Shown: positions 8,234 to 16,694 of the stretch, piece after piece
Layout of the letters: each line of letters starts with the position of its first letter
Numbering within the stretch: the stretch's first letter is position 1
NCBI GenBank assembly: GCA_965248575.1
Contig: CBDFJQ010000002.1
Span: 32,001-96,000 of the forward strand
DNA: 64,000 bases
Direction: 5' to 3'
Source: Planctomycetota bacterium
GTDB taxonomy: Bacteria > Planctomycetota > B15-G4
Notes under the pieces: generated by a model
What the model was told of the DNA's origin: nothing
What the model saw: the letters and a program-made list of their open reading frames with translations, nothing else
Databases searched by the model: none
Translations under genes and position numbers: made by a program

Positions 8234-11160
8234 ATGCATCGTTTCTCTGCCTCTTGAGTGCCGTGCTGGCTGGCTTGGCGGGCACTCTTCTCGAGCTCAG
8301 CTGGCTGCGCTCGGCGGCCGCCGCGCTGCCCGGGACCTTGCCTGCAGCGGCTCTTGTGGTGCCGGTGTTCCTCGTGGCATGGAGCGGAGGCTCGATGCTG
8401 GCTGGACGGCTTCAGGATCGCTCCCCCGATCCGCTGGGACTGGCGGCGCGCTGGTTGGGTGCGTGTGCTGTGGCTGCTTTGGGGATGCCTTGGGTGTTCG
8501 AGCGCCTGCTGCCGTTGGGAAGCCTGGATTCGGTGGCCATGCGGGTGCTGGTGGGCGGCTTGCCCGTGGCGCCGGCGGCTTTCGGGCTCGGAGGCGCGCT
8601 GCCCTTGTTTGCCCGTTATCGGCGGGGGCAGGGTAGCCCCGCCGCTCAGGCGACCGGTGGTGTGGCGGCCAGCGTGGCTGCAGGCGGGGCGCTCGGGGCC
8701 TGGGGTTGGATTCCCTTGCTCCAAGGGGGCGGCTCAGCAGTGCCAACCGCTGCCGCTGCATTGGCCGGCGCGGCTGGCGTAGCGTGGTTCTTGCAGCTGT
8801 CCACCCGCTCGCAGCCCCAGCGGCTGGACCCGGTAGAGCCCCCGCTAGAGTCCTCGGCGGAGCCCCTGGCTGGCACCCCGCAGCCGGAGTCAGCGGCCCG
8901 TGGGTTGGATCTCGGCCTGGCGGCCTTCGTCGGCGGGGCACTTCTCGTCGGCGGTCAGTTGGCGATGTTGCGCGTTGCAGCCCAGTCCCGCGGGGACAGC
9001 ATGGCCACCACGTCCCAGGTCCTGGCTGGATTGCATGTGGGCATGGCCTTGGGAGCCCTGTGGATGTGCCTACCCGCACGCCGCCTTTCAGCACGTGGAC
9101 TCGTGGGCTTGCTGCTTGGGCTCGCCGCCCTTGGCTTGCTGACGCCCAGCCTGGCTTCGGCATCGTTGGCCGGCGGCGCCTCCCAGGTCGATGGTTGGTG
9201 GCTGGCACTCTTGCTGACGGTGCCCCTGGGTGTTGGCGCTGGCTCCTTGGTGACTGCAGCAAGCCGCGCACCTGTTCGATCACGAGGGCGCCTGGGTTCT
9301 TGGGTCGGGGACCTCGCGGCGTGGTCCACCCTGGGCGGTGTCCTGGGAGGCTTCGCCTACGGAACCGTGTTGGCTCCCGCGCCGGAGTGGGGCACCGGTG
9401 CTGCGCTCCAGCTCATGGCCTGTGTGGCGCTCGCTGCAGCCGCGCTCCTGTCGTTGAGGACTCTGGCGGTGGCGGGCCAGCGGCCGACAGCGCTGATCCT
9501 GCTCGTGCTGGTGGGAGGTCTCGGGAGCCTGGCCTGGCGCACGCCTGCCTTGGAGATGCCGTGGCAGGCGGACAGCAGCGAAGTGAAGTTGGTGAGGCAG
9601 CTCGAAGGGCCGTACGGCGTGGTCAGTCTGGTCGCCACGCAGGACGGGGATCTGCGACTCAAGTTGGACAACCGCTTTGGCTTCGGCGGCTCCAGCGGCG
9701 CCGCCTTGGAACAACGCATGGGCCGGCTTGCCGCCTGCTTCCAACCCAGCGCGGAACGCGCGCTAGTGTTGGGCATGGGGCGCGGGCAGACCCTGGCTGG
9801 GTTCGTCTCGACGACGCCCGCAAGGGTGGATTGCGTCGAACGCAACCAACAGGTCCTGGACCTGGGACTCGAGCTGCCACTCGTGGGTGACACGCTGCCC
9901 GTCGCAGGGCCGCCCAACATCGTGCATGCCGATGCCCGCAGCTGGATGGCGCAGAAGCCCGGCACCTACGACCTGATCGTCGGGGACCTCTTCTACCCCT
10001 GGGTGACGGGGGCGGGAGACCTGTTGTCCCGGGAGCATTTCCACGAACTGCGCCGCAGTCTTCGGGACGGGGGTGTGGCGGTGCAGTGGATCCCGCTCCA
10101 CCAGCTGCCCTGGCCCGCGTTCGGTTCCGTGGCGCGGGCGTTCATGGACGCCTTTCCGACGGCGCGTCTGTTTCTCGCAACACCGCTCGCCGACCGGCCG
10201 GTGGTGGCCTTGGTCGGGGGCATGCGCGACGGCTTGCCGGATGGGGCCACGGTGACGGAGATGCTCTCCGCGGCGCCATCTCCCGCGGGGCCGTCCGTTG
10301 TCGAGGATGTGTACGACCTCTATGTGGCGGATGCCTGGGCTCTCGGCAACAGCTTCCTGGACGTGGAGCCCGCCTCGCGGAAACGCCCCGTGTCCGAGCT
10401 CATGAGCCTGGGGCGCTTCGAAGATGAAGCCTGGATTGGCGCGACGAACATGCGCCTCTTGTCCGAGCTGGTGCTGCCCTTGGACACATCGGCGGTCGGC
10501 GGTGCTCCCATTGATCCCTTCAAGAACAGGACACTCGGGGTCGAACTCGCAGCGCGCAGCGGCGCCTTGAAGGCGATGCTCCTGTCCCGGGCAGCACAGC
10601 TTCAGACGGCGCTGCCGGATGTGGCGCAGGACACGCGGGAGCAGGCGGACCTGTTGGCATCCTCAGCGTTGATGGAAGCTTGGCGTGTGGCGCCCTTGCA
10701 CATGGATGTGCGGCGTGCGCTTGTGGAACGCGCCCGGCTGCTAGCCACGAAGCACCGCGCGCTTGAGGGAGCGCAGCTGATGCGAGCCGCCTTGGATGTG
10801 ATCAGCGATCCTGCCTTGGCAGGCGTCCTGGGCAGCCTGTTCCTGCAACTCGAAATGATGGACGAAGCGGCTGACCTGTTGGGGCAGGTGTGGGCCGTCC
10901 AGGCCGCTGATCGTGTGGTGCTGTTCGACTATGCGACGGCGCTTCTGCACGCAGGGCGCGACGCGGATGCCGCCAAGATGTTGCGCAAGATCATCAACCG
11001 TTCGGGCTCGCGCGGTCTGCCGCAGACGCACGCCATCGGGCTGGGTCTGATCGAGGGAGATCTGGCCGCACTCCCGGCCGCGGACAGCCTGTTGGAGAGC
11101 TTGCCGCCTGAGTCGCTCTGGGCCCGGACCTTGGGTCGACTCCGGGCGCGCCTGCCTTAG
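8230..11160 (+). CDS. multi-TM membrane protein fused to spermidine-synthase-like SAM-binding domain with TPR-like C-terminus
   Basis: About 13 hydrophobic helices, then LVLGMGRG, ADARSW, YDLIVGDLFYPW and QWIPLHQL; GTGA overlap with folC. Confidence 0.8.
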   Translation: MNASFLCLLSAVLAGLAGTLLELSWLRSAAAALPGTLPAAALVVPVFLVAWSGGSMLAGRLQDRSPDPLGLAARWLGACAVAALGMPWVFERLLPLGSLDSVAMRVLVGGLPVAPAAFGLGGALPLFARYRRGQGSPAAQATGGVAASVAAGGALGAWGWIPLLQGGGSAVPTAAAALAGAAGVAWFLQLSTRSQPQRLDPVEPPLESSAEPLAGTPQPESAARGLDLGLAAFVGGALLVGGQLAMLRVAAQSRGDSMATTSQVLAGLHVGMALGALWMCLPARRLSARGLVGLLLGLAALGLLTPSLASASLAGGASQVDGWWLALLLTVPLGVGAGSLVTAASRAPVRSRGRLGSWVGDLAAWSTLGGVLGGFAYGTVLAPAPEWGTGAALQLMACVALAAAALLSLRTLAVAGQRPTALILLVLVGGLGSLAWRTPALEMPWQADSSEVKLVRQLEGPYGVVSLVATQDGDLRLKLDNRFGFGGSSGAALEQRMGRLAACFQPSAERALVLGMGRGQTLAGFVSTTPARVDCVERNQQVLDLGLELPLVGDTLPVAGPPNIVHADARSWMAQKPGTYDLIVGDLFYPWVTGAGDLLSREHFHELRRSLRDGGVAVQWIPLHQLPWPAFGSVARAFMDAFPTARLFLATPLADRPVVALVGGMRDGLPDGATVTEMLSAAPSPAGPSVVEDVYDLYVADAWALGNSFLDVEPASRKRPVSELMSLGRFEDEAWIGATNMRLLSELVLPLDTSAVGGAPIDPFKNRTLGVELAARSGALKAMLLSRAAQLQTALPDVAQDTREQADLLASSALMEAWRVAPLHMDVRRALVERARLLATKHRALEGAQLMRAALDVISDPALAGVLGSLFLQLEMMDEAADLLGQVWAVQAADRVVLFDYATALLHAGRDADAAKMLRKIINRSGSRGLPQTHAIGLGLIEGDLAALPAADSLLESLPPESLWARTLGRLRARLP

Positions 11161-11172
11161 GCTCTCCGGGTT

Positions 11173-11198
11173 GCCCCGCCGTTCAAGACGGCTGGGGC
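11173..11198. terminator. GC hairpin between convergent genes (no U-tract)
   Basis: gcccc-gccgt / acggc-t-ggggc inverted repeat. Confidence 0.4.
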
Positions 11199-11199
11199 C

Positions 11200-12006
11200 C
11201 TAGTTCTGGGGGCGAGGCTGACGCCGGCCGCGGGTGCGGTGCTTGGCTTTGGCCGGGGCGGCCGAACCCAGCTTGATCACCACCTCGGACGAGTCACGCA
11301 GGGTGGAGATCTCCTCCGGAGTCAGCTCGCGCGTCTCCCCGGGTTCCAGCAAGCCCATCTCGATCGGGCCGATGCCGATGCGTTGCAGGCGACGCACTTC
11401 GTGCCCGAAGCGCGCGCAGACCCGGCGGATCTCGCGCTTCATGCCTTCGTTGAGGCGCACCTCGAGGTAGGCGCGGTTGCGCATGCGCTTGACGACGCGA
11501 ATGTCCAGGGATCCCGTGCGGCCCTCGGAGAGCCAGACGCCCTTGCGCATGCGCGCCAGGACCTCTTCGGTGGGAGCGCCCTCGACCTCCACGATGTAGG
11601 TCTTCTGGACCTGGAAGCTGGGGTGCGTCACTCGGTGGCAGAGTTCGCCATCGTTGGTCAGGATGATGGCGCCCTCGGACTCCACGTCGAGGCGTCCGAT
11701 GCTGAACAGGCGGTGGTCACGCACCCGCGACGGGAGGAAATCCACGGCTCGCGGACGCTCGGGGTCGCCCTTGGAGCTGCAGATGACGCCCTTGGGCTTG
11801 TTGAGCATGTAGTAGAAGCGGCGGGGCATGCTCACCCGCTCCGAATCGCAACGGATCTCCTGCGACTCGGGATCCACGCGGACGCCCAGTTCCGTGACGG
11901 TCTGCCCGTCCACCTCGACGCGACCCTCGACGATCATCTCCTCGCAGGCTCTCCGGGAGCCAACACCGCAAGCGGCCATCACCTTTTGCAAACGTTCGAA
12001 GGGCAT
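11200..12006 (-). CDS. rRNA pseudouridine synthase, RsuA/RluB family with S4 domain
   Basis: ERLQKVMA..G.GSRR S4 start, LNKPKG, GRLDVESEG catalytic Asp. Likely start MPFERLQK at 12006. Confidence 0.92.
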   Translation of the reverse strand: MPFERLQKVMAACGVGSRRACEEMIVEGRVEVDGQTVTELGVRVDPESQEIRCDSERVSMPRRFYYMLNKPKGVICSSKGDPERPRAVDFLPSRVRDHRLFSIGRLDVESEGAIILTNDGELCHRVTHPSFQVQKTYIVEVEGAPTEEVLARMRKGVWLSEGRTGSLDIRVVKRMRNRAYLEVRLNEGMKREIRRVCARFGHEVRRLQRIGIGPIEMGLLEPGETRELTPEEISTLRDSSEVVIKLGSAAPAKAKHRTRGRRQPRPQN

Positions 12007-12284
12007 GGGAGGGAGACCTGCAAGGGGCACGAGGAGGCGCTCAAGCCGCACGCGCCCGTCCCGTCGTGGGGGATCCCCGTTGGGAGGACCTCGTGTGGGG
12101 GACCTGAAGGCGGCGGCTTTTGGGGCGCGAAGGCGACCCTGCAGTGTCTCAGAACCGCCGGCGAGCGCAACCCCCTCGGCCGACCGTTTCCATGCCAGGC
12201 CTTGCGGCCGCAGGGGGTTGCGTCAGGAGCCGAGCTGGGATCAGCCCGCGCTCGCGGGGCCCATCACAGGTCCTACGCGAAGCA

Positions 12285-12479
12285 TCAGAACGCGTGGTGG
12301 ATCTTCTCGAGGAGCTTCACCAGCTCCTCATCGAGCTGCTCTTCGCTGAAATCGCTGTCAGCAGCCAAGCGGCCACGCCACAACTCGACCATGCGGTCGA
12401 TGGATTGCTCGTCCGGCTCGCCAGAGAGCTTGCGGCGGTGTTCCTGGAGTTCATTCCAGTCCATCTTGCTGTCGTGCAT
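12285..12479 (-). CDS. small protein resembling the C-terminal sigma-binding region of FlgM anti-sigma-28 factors
   Basis: 64 aa. Pattern KL..PD....DR.V...R..LAA......E.LD..L.KLLE.I matches my recollection of planctomycete FlgM C-termini. In-frame stop 21 nt upstream limits length. Confidence 0.5.
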   Translation of the reverse strand: MHDSKMDWNELQEHRRKLSGEPDEQSIDRMVELWRGRLAADSDFSEEQLDEELVKLLEKIHHAF

Positions 12480-12515
12480 TGGAGAGGATCCGTCTGGTTA
12501 TATGAAGCTCCGTGT

Positions 12516-12543
12516 ATATCGATGGACGTTTATAAATACTTGA
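12516..12543 (-). promoter_or_regulatory. candidate sigma-28 promoter TCAA-N16-ATCGATAT
   Basis: Minus-strand tcaagtatttataaacgtccatcgatat in an AT-rich patch just upstream of the FlgM-like ORF. Consensus is TAAA-N15-GCCGATAA. Confidence 0.45.
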
Positions 12544-12744
12544 TCGCATATGTCGGGGCAGTTGGGCTGTTTGTCACTCAAACACGGCTTGGTGGCCTGA
12601 ATTGCGCCATCAAGAAGAGTTGGGATTGGAGTGATGGAAGCCCGCTGTGCAGCCGTTGGTTGAGGATCCCTTCCCTGGGGAAGGGGCCCCTGGCGTCGAA
12701 ACCGAGGACGAGGCGGCGCAGCGGGGGAGGCTGGAGCCTTGGCC

Positions 12745-13302
12745 TCAGGCTCGGGCGTACAGGTGGATCGCCGAGCGGCCGTAGGTCCGGGAGCGGTCCA
12801 GCACCCAGCCAGCCATGTGCGGGACGGGAGCTCGTTCTGCGGGCGCATGCCAGGCCAGGACCGCGTCCGGGGCCAAGACCCCTGGCTGCTCGAGGCATTC
12901 GGGGAGGGGGGCCTCCCGCACGAACGGCGGGTCGGCGTTGACCAGCGTGTACTGCTCGCGCCCCGTGGCGACGTAGCGCAGGGCATCGATGGCCAGGATC
13001 TCAGCCTCCGAGGGCCCCAGGGCGCACGCTGCGATGTTGCGGCGAAGACAGGCCAGGGCCGCCCGATTCTGCTCCACGAAGCGCACGTGGGCGGCTCCGC
13101 GGCTCAGCGCCTCCAGCCCCAGGGCGCCCGACCCGGAGTACAGGTCGAGGACCCGGGCTTCGGGAACCACCGAGGTGAGCATGTTGAAGAGAGCCTGGCG
13201 AACCAGGGAGCGTGTGGGCCGTGTGCCGCGGCCGGCGGGCACATCCAGCTTGCGTCCTCGGAAGCGACCGCCAGAAATCGTGGGGCGACTGGATGCAGGC
13301 AT
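12745..13302 (-). CDS. rsmD: 16S rRNA m2G966 methyltransferase
   Basis: ISGGRFRGRKL, TRPT, LDLYSGSGALGLEALSRGA, DPPF. True start is inside the 751-aa track ORF. Confidence 0.93.
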   Translation of the reverse strand: MPASSRPTISGGRFRGRKLDVPAGRGTRPTRSLVRQALFNMLTSVVPEARVLDLYSGSGALGLEALSRGAAHVRFVEQNRAALACLRRNIAACALGPSEAEILAIDALRYVATGREQYTLVNADPPFVREAPLPECLEQPGVLAPDAVLAWHAPAERAPVPHMAGWVLDRSRTYGRSAIHLYARA

Positions 13303-13386
13303 GGGGGCTACCGAGGAGTGCAACGAAACCAGAATGGGCGGGGCATGATAGAAAGCTCGACCCTTCCTGGTCTCCCGTGAGCTTTG

Positions 13387-15123
13387 ATGGATCCCTCCTC
13401 TTCTGATTCCGATGACCAGGGCCGTCCTGCGGGCAGTCGCCGGCGGGTTCAGGCGGGAGCAGGGTCCGTGGGTGCCCGGGGGGGGCCCAAAAGGGCCCCG
13501 AGCGGCGCCTCGACCAGCGGTACCAAGCCTGTGCCTGCCGTGTCCGTGGGCGTCGATCGGGCGACCGAGCGGCGCCGAGCATCGCTCCGGAGCTGGCGCG
13601 CAGGGCTTCCGTCGTTCCTTGTGTCCGCTCTCTTGCATGGCGCTGCAGGCTGGGCCCTGTGGCATTTCGTCATCCCCCAGCCGGTCGATGTGGCTCCCCC
13701 GACCTTGGTGGCGTCCATGGAAAACGTGGACGATGTTCCGCCGCCAGAGATCGAGCCGCCTCCGCCGGAACCGGAGGAGCCGGAAGATCTCGAGATCTCC
13801 CCTCCCGATGTGGATGCCTTGGTCGTGGATCCTGTGGACGACCCGGATGACCGGCCCTTGTTGCCGGATATCGACCTGCTCGGCCTCGGCGGTTCGTCTC
13901 AAGGGGGGCACGGGTATCGCTCGCGTACCGGAGCCGACTGGGGGACGCCGGCCGGCCTCGGCTCCCTGGGAGATGGCGCCTCGCCCTTCCGCGGCTTCCT
14001 GGAGGATCTTCGGGAGCGCGGGCTGGACGTTGTCTTCGTCATCGACGCCACGGGCAGCATGCAGCGCTTCATCGATGAGGCGCGGGCAGCGATTGACGAC
14101 ATCATCCAGGACCTGGCCACCGTTGTCCCCTCGCTGCGCATCGGCATGGTGGCCTACCGCGACCTGGGCGACGACTGGACGATCCGCCGGGCTGAACTCA
14201 CCACCGATCGCTACCACATCCATACATACCTGCTGGCATTGCGTGCGGCGGGCGGGCGTCGGCTGCTGCCCGACTTCGAGGAGGCGGTGGAGGAAGGCCT
14301 GCGAGTCGCCAGCGAAGAACTGACGTGGCGCGAGAACGCGCGTCGCGTGATCTTGTTGGTGGGCGACGCGCCCTACCACGACGAGGACCAGTCTGCGGCC
14401 TTGGCGACCGTGCGCAGCTTCGGGCGTGGGATGCATTCGCTGGTCAACACCCTCTACGTCAGCGCGGGTGGGATGAACGCTCCCACAGCAAACCAGCAGA
14501 AGGCCTGGGAGGTCTTCCAGCGCATCGCAACGACGGGCAATGGGACGGCCTTCGAGTTGCGGGTGGAAGGGAATGAGGCGCGGAGCGAATTGCGCACGAG
14601 TGTCACCGAAGCTACCTTCGGCCGGGAGTGGTTGGATGAGATCCGTCAGCTCCAGTCGTCGGCGCCTCGGGATGCGCGGCGCGCCTCCGTGGCGCGGCAC
14701 GTGGAACGCAAGGATCGCGAGTGGTTGATCGAGAAGATGGCGCTGCAGCCCATCCATCCCGCCGTGACGGCAGCCTGCCGCGAACTCTTCGATGGGCGCA
14801 TTGCAGCGGCCATGATGAAGCAGTTGGAATCGCCCGGGGTGGACCCCGGTTTGCGCACTGCTGCGCACTATGTGTTGCAGACTTCTATCGCGGGTCTGGC
14901 CGACATCCCCTTTGACGCGTCCCAACCGCTGGCGGGGCAGGAGATCGGCTTGGCTGCCATCCGGCGCGCCGTGCGGGAGGTACCTGGCGCGGAACGCCAC
15001 CTGGACGGCACCGGCGTCGAAGTGGTTGCACCGGAGGCGAGTCCGCCCAAGAAGCCGTTGCCGAAAAAAGCCGCGCCGCCAGCGCCGCCCGGCACGCAGC
15101 CCCCCTCAGGCGGTCCAGGCTAG
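13387..15123 (+). CDS. membrane-anchored VWA-domain protein
   Basis: SALLH TM anchor, Pro/Glu-rich linker, MIDAS DATGSM, VAYRD, VGDAPYH. Confidence 0.85.
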   Translation: MDPSSSDSDDQGRPAGSRRRVQAGAGSVGARGGPKRAPSGASTSGTKPVPAVSVGVDRATERRRASLRSWRAGLPSFLVSALLHGAAGWALWHFVIPQPVDVAPPTLVASMENVDDVPPPEIEPPPPEPEEPEDLEISPPDVDALVVDPVDDPDDRPLLPDIDLLGLGGSSQGGHGYRSRTGADWGTPAGLGSLGDGASPFRGFLEDLRERGLDVVFVIDATGSMQRFIDEARAAIDDIIQDLATVVPSLRIGMVAYRDLGDDWTIRRAELTTDRYHIHTYLLALRAAGGRRLLPDFEEAVEEGLRVASEELTWRENARRVILLVGDAPYHDEDQSAALATVRSFGRGMHSLVNTLYVSAGGMNAPTANQQKAWEVFQRIATTGNGTAFELRVEGNEARSELRTSVTEATFGREWLDEIRQLQSSAPRDARRASVARHVERKDREWLIEKMALQPIHPAVTAACRELFDGRIAAAMMKQLESPGVDPGLRTAAHYVLQTSIAGLADIPFDASQPLAGQEIGLAAIRRAVREVPGAERHLDGTGVEVVAPEASPPKKPLPKKAAPPAPPGTQPPSGGPG

Positions 15124-16637
15124 CGGTCGAGCATGTCCTTCGGGAAACGCTCGGGCCGTGCCGCGGCCCACCCGCGCCACTCTCGCTCCACCTCGTCAGG
15201 GCTGCTGGCGAAGGCGCGAGGCCAGGCCCGCTCATGCATCCTGCGGATGGAGCGGTCGGCATCGGTCTCGGTGTCGTACAGACGCAGGTACTCGCAGAAT
15301 TCCGTGCGATGCCGGTCCATCAGGAAGTCTACGAAGCTCCAGCAGACGCCCACGTCGCGGGAGTCGAAGGACTCAGCGCGGCGTGCGAAGTAGCCCTTGA
15401 GGGAGCTTACGGAGAGCTGCATCTGCTCGTCGCGCAGGTTGTCGCGCCAGGCGGGAAAGTTCTCCCAGCCCGGGACCCAGAGGCTGGTGGGCACGTCTTC
15501 TGCGATCGTGCTGTTGGACGTGATCGTGACCGTGGCGTAGTAGTTTGTAACGCCCTCGTAGAGTGCCGCCAGCCCGGCCTTGGCCCAGCCCGGCGCGTCG
15601 CGCTGCCCCTTGACCCGTTCCACGAGCAACTCGGCAAGCTGATGGGTCAGGATGCCCATGCGCGTCTCCTTGCGGTCGCCCTGCGCTTCGAGGTAATTGC
15701 CTTCGACGAGCACCAGCACCGGGCGGGGCCATTGGAGGCCATAGGAGTTTCGCCCGATGAAGCTCTCGCCTGCAGCGTCACTGTGGATGAAGCGCTTCGT
15801 GAAGCCGCTCTGGACCATGCGATCGGAAGTCTCGTTGTCCGGTACGACGAAGATCGGAACGTCGTACTTCGTGACGCGCGCCAGCTCGAGTTCATTGAGC
15901 TGCAGGCGCTTGAGGAAGTCGCGCACCAAGGCGTCCAGGTCGTAGATGATGAACTCGACGGTCTCTTCATCGAGGGTCGACGAGAACAGCGTGACGAACT
16001 CCCCGGCGACGGCCTGGGTCTCGTACCCAGCCATTGAGACGAGGTCTTCGAGCGCCAGGCTCGTCTCCGCTTCTCGGCGGGGCACCCAGTCGCCGTGATA
16101 CAGGACGAAGCCCTGGGCCTTCATGACGTCCGCCTCGGGCAGCCACTCGCCCTCATGGAAGAGCAGGCCTTGGGCCATCTTCTCCGCTGCGACGCGCTCG
16201 AGGTAGGCGTCCACCTCGTCCGGCTCGAGCCAGACGCCGTCCACCTCCACGCGACCCAGCTTCTCCTGCGCCCTGCGGTGCTTGGGGTCGGCAGCCACGA
16301 CCTCACGAAGCAAGGCCTTGGATTCGCGGCGCAGGTCGTGCTCTTCGGCCCACAGGGCCAGCTGGAAGAGGGCCGGGGCGTCATCGTCCTTGAGCTTGGC
16401 GCGCTGCTGGGCGAGCTCCTGGACGGGGGTCAGCTTCTCCTCGATGCGGGAAATCTTCGACATGGCCACCGTGATGGTGCCGAAGGATGTGTCCACCTTC
16501 ACCTCCGTGGCCGTGCGTTCCACGATGGTGCCCTCCAGCTTGCGCCCGTCCTTGTAGTGGATGATGTCAGCAGCTAGGAGCGGCGAAAGGCAGGCGAGAC
16601 AAGCCAGCGCCCGGGCAACGTCTCGGAGTGATCTCAT
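15120..16637 (-). CDS. secreted protein with degenerate zincin (DUF1570/peptidase MA-like) domain
   Basis: Signal peptide then DIIHYKDGRKLEG; repeated G...H/Y.G.W motifs; HQLAE and PGWAKAGLA in place of HExxH and PxWxxEG. GGGGA RBS before ATG 16637. Confidence 0.7.
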   Translation of the reverse strand: MRSLRDVARALACLACLSPLLAADIIHYKDGRKLEGTIVERTATEVKVDTSFGTITVAMSKISRIEEKLTPVQELAQQRAKLKDDDAPALFQLALWAEEHDLRRESKALLREVVAADPKHRRAQEKLGRVEVDGVWLEPDEVDAYLERVAAEKMAQGLLFHEGEWLPEADVMKAQGFVLYHGDWVPRREAETSLALEDLVSMAGYETQAVAGEFVTLFSSTLDEETVEFIIYDLDALVRDFLKRLQLNELELARVTKYDVPIFVVPDNETSDRMVQSGFTKRFIHSDAAGESFIGRNSYGLQWPRPVLVLVEGNYLEAQGDRKETRMGILTHQLAELLVERVKGQRDAPGWAKAGLAALYEGVTNYYATVTITSNSTIAEDVPTSLWVPGWENFPAWRDNLRDEQMQLSVSSLKGYFARRAESFDSRDVGVCWSFVDFLMDRHRTEFCEYLRLYDTETDADRSIRRMHERAWPRAFASSPDEVEREWRGWAAARPERFPKDMLDR

Positions 16638-16694
16638 GGATGCTTCCCCTGAATTGTTCCTATCCAACGTTTCAGTCGTATCGTTGTTGGACGC

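Noticed and set aside
13303..15000. 751-aa ORF suggesting a giant RsmD fusion
   Set aside because: The extension is the antisense shadow of the VWA gene; RsmD begins at 13302.
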